Part shown: positions 8,119 through 14,713 of the stretch, one piece after another | Position numbering within the stretch: position 1 is the first letter of the stretch | Layout: each line of letters starts with the position of its first letter | NCBI GenBank assembly: GCA_043799675.1 | Contig: JAZDNN010000032.1 | Span: forward strand, 1-14,713 | DNA from: Candidatus Aenigmatarchaeota archaeon | Lineage (GTDB): Archaea; Aenigmatarchaeota; Aenigmatarchaeia; Aenigmatarchaeales; JACQIB01 | Direction of reading: 5' to 3' | Length of the DNA stretch: 14,713 nt | Program-made: the position numbers and the translations under genes | The notes under the pieces: model-generated | What the model saw: only the letters and a program-made list of their open reading frames with translations | Told to the model about the DNA's origin: nothing | The model's database searches: none

Positions 8119-8361
8119 TCAGAACAGGTCGCCCATCGTTTTCGCTTTTATGACCTTCTCCTTCCCCGCCCTGATACGCTTGTCCTGCTCCAGCAGGCTT
8201 TCGGTGAATTCCGGCCTGAAAGATGGGTCGAGTATGTTTTCCTCGAATTCCTCGATTATGGATTCCAAGGCGGCGGATTTGTCTTTCAGACCTTCCTTGG
8301 CCTTTACCACGTTGACCACGCGATTGGCATGCTCGGAGAGCCGTATGATTGATTGAGGCAT
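8119..8361 (-). CDS. Antitoxin, DUF2683-like
   Basis: 80 aa; SIIRLSEHANRVVNVVKAKEGLKDKSAALE..I and an acidic ..P.FRPEF segment; upstream of the toxin. Confidence 0.82.
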   Translation of the reverse strand: MPQSIIRLSEHANRVVNVVKAKEGLKDKSAALESIIEEFEENILDPSFRPEFTESLLEQDKRIRAGKEKVIKAKTMGDLF

Positions 8362-8400
8362 TACATCACGTAATGTAATGTTATTTCATGTTATTTAAAG
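8359..8400 (-). promoter_or_regulatory. TA promoter with inverted-repeat operator
   Basis: CATTACAT-N6-ATGTAATG perfect inverted repeat (8359-8380) overlapping the start codon; TTTAAATA TATA box on the minus strand at 8399-8392. Confidence 0.65.
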
Positions 8401-8414
8401 CTATACGCCTTCAC

Positions 8415-9134
8415 CTAGAGCTGCTCCAGCGCTTCCTTTTCCCTGAAATGCAGCTTTCCGGGCGCTATCAGGACGGCAGGCACCCCCAATTGCCGCTCAA
8501 GCAGCTCCTTTGCCGTGCAATAAACTATCTCAGATTCAGATGAACCCAGCCTTGAGGCCGCCACCAGCTTTTCCTTCTCCTTGACCACGCCCGCTTTGAG
8601 CAGCATCTTGACCGCATCCGTTGCCCGCATGTACAGCCCTATCCCGGAATCCAGGTCAAGCAGGAGCAGGGTATGCAGCCCGAGCTTCCTGTTCCCCTTA
8701 AGCGCCTCCTTCACCGCCTCGAGCTGCCCCGAGAATGGCACGGTGGCCGTCCTGCCGAACTTGTACAGCTGCAGACCCGTCTCGGCAACAGCGGAAAAAA
8801 TTGATGCATTATGGATGATTTGTACGGGGATTCTCCTCTTTCTGGCCTCCAGGAAAACATCAATGTGGGTCGTGGCAGCCAACGGGTCCCCCGGGACAAA
8901 AAGGGCGACATCGGCCTGCTTCGCCTTCGCAAGGAACTGGGGAAGATTATCCTCGAGGTCCTGCCTCTTCAGTAGTGTGACCGGTCTTCCTATCAGCCTT
9001 GCCAATTCATCGATTGAGCCGCCCCACTTGTTGGTGTAGAGCTCCGCAAAGCAGTCGCACGATTTTGCTATGGAAACCGCCCGCAGGGTGAGGTCGCTCT
9101 CGTCAAAAAGGCCCAGTCCGATGATGTACAGCAC
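8415..9134 (-). CDS. dph5: Diphthine synthase (EF-2 diphthamide methyltransferase)
   Basis: GTG start, (M)LYIIGLGL; AELYT, PGDPLAATTH, HNASIFSAV..TGLQLYKFGRT and GLHTLLLLD motifs; 239 aa. Confidence 0.96.
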   Translation of the reverse strand: MLYIIGLGLFDESDLTLRAVSIAKSCDCFAELYTNKWGGSIDELARLIGRPVTLLKRQDLEDNLPQFLAKAKQADVALFVPGDPLAATTHIDVFLEARKRRIPVQIIHNASIFSAVAETGLQLYKFGRTATVPFSGQLEAVKEALKGNRKLGLHTLLLLDLDSGIGLYMRATDAVKMLLKAGVVKEKEKLVAASRLGSSESEIVYCTAKELLERQLGVPAVLIAPGKLHFREKEALEQL

Positions 9135-9184
9135 GGCAATACTTGACCGTTGCGCTTTTATCCTTTTGCAAACTGTTGGCTGGG

Positions 9185-10084
9185 ATGGATGAGAAGAAAG
9201 GCGACGGATATTACGTCGGGCGCGTGGTGCGGCAGTTCGCGGAACGGAACGGCATCGAAATCCTGTCAAGCGGGGAACCGGTCACCTACGATGAATGGAG
9301 GCGGTTCCAGTCGTTCATTGACAGGGACAAAGGGGAGGATGCGGAAGGTAATGGCATTCCCTGCTACCTCATGCGCGCGATATGCAACGAAAAGAAACCC
9401 AGTGTCACCGGGTTCTCCGTATATCAGGACAGGCCGAACGGTCCCTTTTTCGCCTATGTGAGCTACGGGAACACCGACTACAGGCTGTTCGAGATCGATG
9501 CAAAATGCGAGAACGTCAAGAGGATGATTGAATTCTGCGGCGTCACCAGAACGTACTATCCTGTGACCGGCTACACGCAGAAGGAACTGAAAAAAGGCCT
9601 CATCGTGCGAAAGGTGGAGGAAGGCATACTCGGGGGCCGGGAGAGCGTTGATTTTCTTGTCGAACCGTCGGTGTGGGACAGCATGGTACGGCCTTTCGAA
9701 TGCATGGATTCCATCAACAAGGCCCAGCTGCTGGCGAAGCACTGCCTCCGCGGCAGCGACGACGGCAGGTCGCGGCCTCCGGAAGTCATGCGATACCTGG
9801 AGCGGACAAGCAGGTGCCTGCGAAACATTGGTTACGTCCCGGCCGACACCGGCAGGTCGCTGCTGGAAAAGGACATTTACATGGTCCAAGATATCGAGCC
9901 CGACCTGCCCATAGGATGGACGCGCTATTTTCTGAGGGGACTGGCACCCATACTGGATAAACTGCCGGAACAACCTGATCCAGAAATGGCGGCCGGACGC
10001 ATGGCTGGCCTGTTCAACAACGCCGGGGCCGAACCGAAATGGTCCGCTGCCGAACTGCTCGAACTCAGTTGCAAGCGGTTTTAA
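9185..10084 (+). CDS. Hypothetical protein (299 aa)
   Basis: ATG 9185 (MDEKKGDG); long open frame divergent from dph5; no family recognised. Confidence 0.78.
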   Translation: MDEKKGDGYYVGRVVRQFAERNGIEILSSGEPVTYDEWRRFQSFIDRDKGEDAEGNGIPCYLMRAICNEKKPSVTGFSVYQDRPNGPFFAYVSYGNTDYRLFEIDAKCENVKRMIEFCGVTRTYYPVTGYTQKELKKGLIVRKVEEGILGGRESVDFLVEPSVWDSMVRPFECMDSINKAQLLAKHCLRGSDDGRSRPPEVMRYLERTSRCLRNIGYVPADTGRSLLEKDIYMVQDIEPDLPIGWTRYFLRGLAPILDKLPEQPDPEMAAGRMAGLFNNAGAEPKWSAAELLELSCKRF

Positions 10085-10106
10085 GCGGACGGATGCCATT
10101 CTTCCC

Positions 10107-10877
10107 ATGCGCTTCGCATTCGACGTCATCGGCAACCGCGAGAAGGCGGTGGCCATAGTGGAGCTTCCGGAGAAATCAGACCCCGCTGCCGTTGCAAGAT
10201 CAATCATGGAACGGCACCCGAACGTCAAAAGTGTCCTGGCAAAAGCGGGTCCGAGGGAAGGTGTCCTCAGGATATACAAGCTCAGGCTTCTGGCAGGCTC
10301 GAAGGACACCGAGGTCATGCACCAGGAATACGGGATGAAGTTCAGGCTTGACCCCCAGACCGTCTACTTCAGCCCCCGCGAAGGGTTTGAAAGACAACAT
10401 ATAGCAAGGATGGTCAAGCCAAAGGAACGTGTGCTGGTCATGTTTGCAGGCTGCGGGCCGTTCGCAATCGCGATAGCAAAAGCACAGCCCACCGCCAGGG
10501 TGGAAGCAATAGAAATCAACCCTGCTGCCGTCAAGTACATGGAACAGAACATCAGGCTGAACGGGGTGGGCCTGAGAGTGAATGCCCATCTGGGGGATGC
10601 GCATGATTCGGCAAAGCTGGGAAAGCTCGATCGGATAATCATGCCCCTGCCCGAGCTTGCCTGGAAATTTTTGCCTGCCGCTTTCGGCGCCTGCAGGAAG
10701 GGCGGTATCATCCATCTCTACGGCATCTCGGGTCAGGAAAAATTCATCGATCTCGTCCACAGGGTGCATGAGGTCGCAAGGCATGAAGGAGTGAAGATGA
10801 GGATAACCGGCGGGGAGAAGGTGCTGCCCTATGCGCCGCACACGTGGAAGGTGCGGCTGGACATAAGAGTATTGTAA
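10107..10877 (+). CDS. trm5: Trm5-family (Met-10+) SAM-dependent tRNA position-37 methyltransferase, short form lacking domain D1
   Basis: FDVIG start; H.EYG..F.LD...VYFSPR...ER, MFAGCGPF, IEINP.A and DRIIMPLP motifs. Confidence 0.82.
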   Translation: MRFAFDVIGNREKAVAIVELPEKSDPAAVARSIMERHPNVKSVLAKAGPREGVLRIYKLRLLAGSKDTEVMHQEYGMKFRLDPQTVYFSPREGFERQHIARMVKPKERVLVMFAGCGPFAIAIAKAQPTARVEAIEINPAAVKYMEQNIRLNGVGLRVNAHLGDAHDSAKLGKLDRIIMPLPELAWKFLPAAFGACRKGGIIHLYGISGQEKFIDLVHRVHEVARHEGVKMRITGGEKVLPYAPHTWKVRLDIRVL

Positions 10878-10882
10878 CAAAT

Positions 10883-10922
10883 TAGTGTCATATGACAACT
10901 TTAAATAGTGTCAGATGACAAC
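10883..10922 (+). promoter_or_regulatory. Two palindromic operators flanking a TATA box
   Basis: TGTCATATGACA (10886-10897) and TGTCAGATGACA (10909-10920), 23 bp apart, with TTTAAATA (10900-10907) between them. Confidence 0.75.
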
Positions 10923-10929
10923 AAATAGT

Positions 10930-11535
10930 ATGCAATTCAGAGACTTCGCCGAGAACCTGCTTGGCTCAAAAGTCAAAATAAAGGTGCTGAGAAAGTTATT
11001 GACCGAAGCGTTCCTTCCCAGCGAACGGGAACTGGCAAAACTCATCGGCGTATCATACACCGCGGTCAGCCGGGCACTAAAGGACTTCCACGAACTCAAC
11101 CTTATATCGCCGCTGAGAATCGGCAATGCCATGACATGGCGACTGAACGAAAAAAGCTATGCCTGCGAATTTCTTTCCAACGTCATCGGAAGCATGCAAA
11201 CATCGCCTTTGGAACACCTGAAAGAAACGCTCCATGAACACTTGAAAGATATGCGGGAGAAGGGCAAAATCAAATTGATCAAGGCCGTAATATTCGGTTC
11301 CGTTGCCGAGGGAAGGGAGATGCCCGACAGCGACATTGACCTGTTCATTTTGGTACAAAGCGAAGAGGAAAGAAATCATCTGTTGAATTCTGCGTTTCCG
11401 GTCGTCGGCTTGATTATACAGGAGATGTACGGCAACAAGCTTTCTCCGCAGATTTTTACCATGAAAGACTACGCTGACCCGAAGAACAAAAAGTTCCTGG
11501 AAAACGTGGAGAAAGGAATCACGGTGCTTTCATGA
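10930..11535 (+). CDS. Winged-HTH plus minimal nucleotidyltransferase (MNT) fusion; putative antitoxin/regulator
   Basis: HTH SERELAKLIGVSYTAVSRAL; FGSVAEGREMPDSDIDL (GS-x10-DxD). ATG 10930 preferred over 10915, which lies inside the operator only 7 nt after the TATA box. Confidence 0.9.
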   Translation: MQFRDFAENLLGSKVKIKVLRKLLTEAFLPSERELAKLIGVSYTAVSRALKDFHELNLISPLRIGNAMTWRLNEKSYACEFLSNVIGSMQTSPLEHLKETLHEHLKDMREKGKIKLIKAVIFGSVAEGREMPDSDIDLFILVQSEEERNHLLNSAFPVVGLIIQEMYGNKLSPQIFTMKDYADPKNKKFLENVEKGITVLS

Positions 11536-11933
11536 TTAAAAACAGGCCGGTCGATCGCTCGGATGCCGTCAATTACCTGAAAAGGGCCGAAGAATGCCTG
11601 CATTCGGCGCGAAGGAGCATGGAAAATGATGAATGGAATGTCTGTGTAATAGACGCCATCCATTGCGGAATAGCCGCCGCAGATGCCATATGCGTAGCCA
11701 AACTGGGCCTCCGCAATGCCAGCGAGAATCACAACGATACGCTACGACTCCTCGCCAGCATCGGGAACGACAATGAGATTTCCGCGGCCGTCCGCCATCT
11801 GAGCAGCCTTCTTAGCATCAGGACCGACGCCGAATACGGGAGCAAACTTCAACTGCGCCCTGCAGCCGAGGCCGCACTGATGCACGCCGAACGGCTCCTG
11901 AATTTCAGCCGGAATAAAGTAAAACCGATTTGA
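11532..11933 (+). CDS. HEPN-domain protein, partner of the MNT
   Basis: YLKRAEECLHSA..., AIH..I.AADA, H, and R.DAEY motifs; ATGA overlap with the MNT gene. Confidence 0.88.
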   Translation: MIKNRPVDRSDAVNYLKRAEECLHSARRSMENDEWNVCVIDAIHCGIAAADAICVAKLGLRNASENHNDTLRLLASIGNDNEISAAVRHLSSLLSIRTDAEYGSKLQLRPAAEAALMHAERLLNFSRNKVKPI

Positions 11934-11941
11934 CGTCTGAT

Positions 11942-12148
11942 TCAGACCTTGTAGCGTTCCCTGTATTCCTTGAATTTCATCACCACATGCACCACGTCCG
12001 CTATGCTCGTCCCGGTCCGGTTGGATATCTCGGTGCTGTTCAGCCCCTTCACGAAATACATCTCAAGGACGTTTTGCACGTACAACTGGCATCTGCCCTG
12101 AACGGCGAACATCGGCACGGTCTTCGTTCTTTCCTGTCTTGCTTCCAT
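11942..12148 (-). CDS. Small HTH-like protein (68 aa), paralog A
   Basis: AGGTGA RBS; VLEMYF..GLNSTEISNRTGTSIADV HTH-like segment. Confidence 0.72.
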   Translation of the reverse strand: MEARQERTKTVPMFAVQGRCQLYVQNVLEMYFVKGLNSTEISNRTGTSIADVVHVVMKFKEYRERYKV

Positions 12149-12207
12149 AATTCACTCACCTCTGCGAGAGAATTATTTACCTACAAAAGGTCACATATAA
12201 AGATTTT

Positions 12208-12453
12208 TCAGATGTCGTGCCGCTGCCTGTATTCCCTGTATGTTATGATCACTTCTTTGACGTCCTCTTCACGCGTGTCCGTCCGTCTGGCTATTTCCTC
12301 CACGCTGCGCTTGTCATCAAAATACAGGTAAACCACCTTGTCCAGATATCTTTTGGACATGCCCGGCATGACGAAACCTTCAATCCGGACCCCTCTGCCC
12401 TGAGTTGCCGTTTCATCATGTCTTACCGAATTATGATACGTTGCCCCAATCAT
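12208..12453 (-). CDS. Small HTH-like protein (81 aa), paralog B
   Basis: AGGTGA RBS; VVYLYF..KRSVEEIARRTDTREEDV..EYR aligns with paralog A. Confidence 0.72.
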   Translation of the reverse strand: MIGATYHNSVRHDETATQGRGVRIEGFVMPGMSKRYLDKVVYLYFDDKRSVEEIARRTDTREEDVKEVIITYREYRQRHDI

Positions 12454-12547
12454 TCACTCACCTAATCGAGAGAAAACAATAGCAGCGATTGTCCCATATA
12501 AAGGTTTCAGATGGATTCCCGTAAACCGGAAAACGGTATTTGGACGC

Positions 12548-12730
12548 TCACCGGGAGGTGTTTGTCTGCATGTACAGGGGCTCGCAACCCATCGCTGGTT
12601 CCATTTCGCTCCACCCGTACGCCGTCCCGTCTTCCTGGTAGTCGTCCGAATTCCTGCGCTCTTCAGGGAACTCCGGTATAAGGCCGGTCGTCTTCAGTAA
12701 CGGCCTTTCAAACTCTTCTGCCATATACAT
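12548..12730 (-). CDS. Small acidic hypothetical protein (58-60 aa)
   Basis: Open frame preceded by TTTATATA (12755-12748, minus strand) inside the end of the upstream gene. Confidence 0.5.
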   Translation of the reverse strand: MYMAEEFERPLLKTTGLIPEFPEERRNSDDYQEDGTAYGWSEMEPAMGCEPLYMQTNTSR

Positions 12731-12739
12731 ATATTACTT

Positions 12740-13105
12740 CTAAGTGGTATATAAAGCTTGCACAATCGGCTCGTAATCCCAGCCTTCCAGAATCCTGTCC
12801 GGTAGCATGATTGTCAGTTTGCTTTCCCTGTCCTTGTACAGCTCGAATCCTTCGTCAAGCAGCTTCAGGTAAAAATTCCTGTCTGCCTCGTCAGGGTCGT
12901 ATTCATCTACAACTGCTGTTGAGAGATATGCCCTTGTTGCACCGTCCTCTTGCAGGACATCACGGCAAATCTCGCGCTCTCTGGTTATCTTTCCTTCGCA
13001 TGGGCAGAAACGCTGTGCCTTCAATGCTTTGACAGCCTCTTCCTTCGGCAGCAAGACAAGCTCCTTTTCCGCTATCGTTTTCCTCTTTATTTCCAGATAG
13101 CTCAT
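12740..13105 (-). CDS. Hypothetical protein (121 aa)
   Basis: Open frame 27 nt downstream of taw2; soluble composition with a CPC motif. Confidence 0.7.
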   Translation of the reverse strand: MSYLEIKRKTIAEKELVLLPKEEAVKALKAQRFCPCEGKITREREICRDVLQEDGATRAYLSTAVVDEYDPDEADRNFYLKLLDEGFELYKDRESKLTIMLPDRILEGWDYEPIVQALYTT

Positions 13106-13132
13106 GCCGCTGCTTGGCGGAAAAAGGATAAA

Positions 13133-13960
13133 TCAGCACACTTTGAGGTCGAACACCAGGTGCTGCTTGCCGGGGCTCATGCTCTTCACATGCTGGATGT
13201 CGAGCACTTTGAGCGTCCTCCCGTAAGCTGATGCGACATCTTTGAGCTCTTCCGTCCTTGCTTCCACCTGGTCCAGCGGAAGGGCCTCGTGATAATGGAT
13301 GGTTGCCCCCTTCTTGGCAATCTTAAGAGCTGACGGGAAAAAAACCAGCGAATCGTCCAGCCAGCCCGAAATCACCCTGTCCGCGGTTCCGGCCAGATCG
13401 TCGGAAAGGTTCCTGCAATCCCCCCTGAGCACCGTGACCTTGTGGGAAAGCCGGTTGAGCTTGAGGTTCTCCTTCAGAAACGCAAGAGCGGTCGGATTGA
13501 CGTCAATGGCCGTTACCTGCTTGGCCTTCTTCGCGACCGGCAGCGTCCAGTAGCCTATCCCGGCAAACATGTCCACTATCTTTTCGTTGGGCTTGATCAT
13601 GCCTGCAAGCCTTCCCCTCTCCCCTTTGTTGCCGCCGGACCACATCACCTTGTTCAGGTCCATCTTGAACACGCACCCGTGCTCCCTGTGTATTGTTTCC
13701 AGTGAGCTTTTTCCTGCAAGCACCTCCATTCTCGGCTTCCTGGTGGTCCCGCTTATGCCCTTTTCGAGTGCCACGGTCCTGAAATGAGGTAGCACCTTGA
13801 GGGCGGCAGCGCCTATTTGCTTCCTGGCTACCATCAATTCAGGCTTCAGCCTCAGAATCATGATTTCCCCGACCCCGTTGTAACCGCGCGGGAGCGCAGC
13901 GAGCTGCTTCTCGCTCAGTTTCTTGCTCATTTCATTTGAAAGTTGTTTGTGGAATGTCAA
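13133..13960 (-). CDS. taw2: Taw2/TYW2-like tRNA(Phe) 4-demethylwyosine aminocarboxypropyltransferase
   Basis: TTG start after GGTGA; HREHGC.FK.D..KVMWS.GN..ER.R, DMFAGIGYWTLP, GDCR, ADRVISG and IHYHE motifs, typical of Taw2 rather than Trm5. Confidence 0.82.
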   Translation of the reverse strand: MTFHKQLSNEMSKKLSEKQLAALPRGYNGVGEIMILRLKPELMVARKQIGAAALKVLPHFRTVALEKGISGTTRKPRMEVLAGKSSLETIHREHGCVFKMDLNKVMWSGGNKGERGRLAGMIKPNEKIVDMFAGIGYWTLPVAKKAKQVTAIDVNPTALAFLKENLKLNRLSHKVTVLRGDCRNLSDDLAGTADRVISGWLDDSLVFFPSALKIAKKGATIHYHEALPLDQVEARTEELKDVASAYGRTLKVLDIQHVKSMSPGKQHLVFDLKVC

Positions 13961-14062
13961 ATCATCACCAGCAGGATGGCTAAGCTACTGCCGTAAGGGA
14001 TAAAAGCACATACGCAAGTCCAGAAAACAGGTTTCTCGGGTCGCCGAGTGAAAATATTCGGA

Positions 14063-14151
14063 GATTTAGCGTATGCAGCTAAGCTGCCAAGAGTTCTTGG
14101 CCGCTAAGAAACGGCTTATGCTAAGATAGGTCGCCCTAATGCGCTAAAATC
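14063..14151. ncRNA. Candidate structured RNA/DNA element (closing stem plus five adjacent hairpins)
   Basis: TTTAGCGTAT (14065-14074) pairs with ATGCGCTAAA (14139-14148) and encloses five back-to-back inverted repeats; no known RNA family recognised. Confidence 0.4.
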
Positions 14152-14170
14152 GAAGAAAAGAGGAAAAAAT
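14152..14170 (-). terminator. Oligo-T/pyrimidine archaeal terminator for the 4-TM gene
   Basis: ATTTTTTCCTCTTTTCTTC on the minus strand about 35 nt after the stop at 14206. Confidence 0.5.
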
Positions 14171-14205
14171 CAAACGCTTTTGGATACCGGTCAGGGCAAG
14201 ATTTG

Positions 14206-14592
14206 TTAGAATCTTGCGAACTTCCCGGCACCGCTGCGCCAGATTGCTTCCACCGCAAGTATCACCGCAGCCGGCATGGCCAGCGCGGCGATGTTGTTGA
14301 TGATGCCCGCGACGTACGTCCCGATCATCGGGAGCGCACCGAGGAAGGCCGTGTTCGCTCCGACCACGACCAGGGCAATCACCGACAAGAGGTAAGCCTC
14401 AGCATCGTCTGTGCTGATGGTTCCCAGCTTAGCGGCAGAGAGCAACCCAACGATTGTACCAAGGACCAGCAGCACCATTGCCGTGGTCGATGGGGGTATA
14501 GCGATCGGCGCGAGTCCTGCTATCACGGCGATTATGACGCCGAGCAGGAACAGGTAGCCGCTCACCTTGACCCATTGGGTTTCCTTTGCCAT
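14206..14592 (-). CDS. Small very hydrophobic membrane protein (128 aa, about 4 TM)
   Basis: AGGTGA RBS 5 nt before ATG 14592; TTTTTAAA TATA-like box upstream; G..FLLGVIIAVIAG, LGTIVGLL and PAAVILA motifs. Confidence 0.85.
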   Translation of the reverse strand: MAKETQWVKVSGYLFLLGVIIAVIAGLAPIAIPPSTTAMVLLVLGTIVGLLSAAKLGTISTDDAEAYLLSVIALVVVGANTAFLGALPMIGTYVAGIINNIAALAMPAAVILAVEAIWRSGAGKFARF

Positions 14593-14713
14593 TCTGTTCA
14601 CCTATCTTCCCCTTTGACTGAGGTATCCTTTAAAAAGGTGACAGGCGACTAGGGCAGTTGTCGATGTCGCCATTAACTTATTGCAGGATTAAACCTTTAT
14701 CTGTGAGCTGCCT

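Noticed and set aside
9135..9269. N-terminal extension of dph5 in the ORF track
   Set aside because: Dph5 homology begins at (M)LYIIGLG, and the extension overlaps the divergent gene.
9266..10318. 350-aa minus-strand ORF, and the similar 296-aa plus-strand ORF at 5934-6824
   Set aside because: Both are antisense to better-supported genes and have atypical composition.
14095..14126. Possible Xer/dif site (TTATGCTAAGA resembles a XerD arm)
   Set aside because: The arms are unequal and the TAA-to-TTA spacer is 8 nt rather than the usual 6; too weak to call.
1..14713. Mobile element, provirus, tRNA or rRNA
   Set aside because: No integrase, transposase, terminal repeats, viral structural genes or recognisable tRNA/rRNA sequence seen.

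Overview
Archaeal chromosomal region, probably from a DPANN-type archaeon such as an Aenigmarchaeota-like lineage. The domain call rests on dph5, Trm5/Taw2, TTTATATA TATA boxes and (A)GGTGA ribosome-binding sites; the finer taxonomy is inference. Left third: a large FlaI/TadA-type secretion/type IV pilus ATPase (minus strand, runs off the window, missing from the ORF track), two divergent coiled-coil genes, a non-coding five-unit 38-40 bp tandem array, and an operon of five membrane proteins, four of them tandem paralogs. Middle and right: several ORFans, a DUF2683-RelE toxin-antitoxin pair, dph5, a short Trm5-family methyltransferase, a wHTH-MNT/HEPN pair with palindromic operators, two duplicated small HTH genes, taw2, a highly structured intergenic element (candidate ncRNA) and a small 4-TM protein. 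The two most unusual unexplained signals are the fixed-geometry repeat array (2987-3179) and the multibranch structure (14063-14151).
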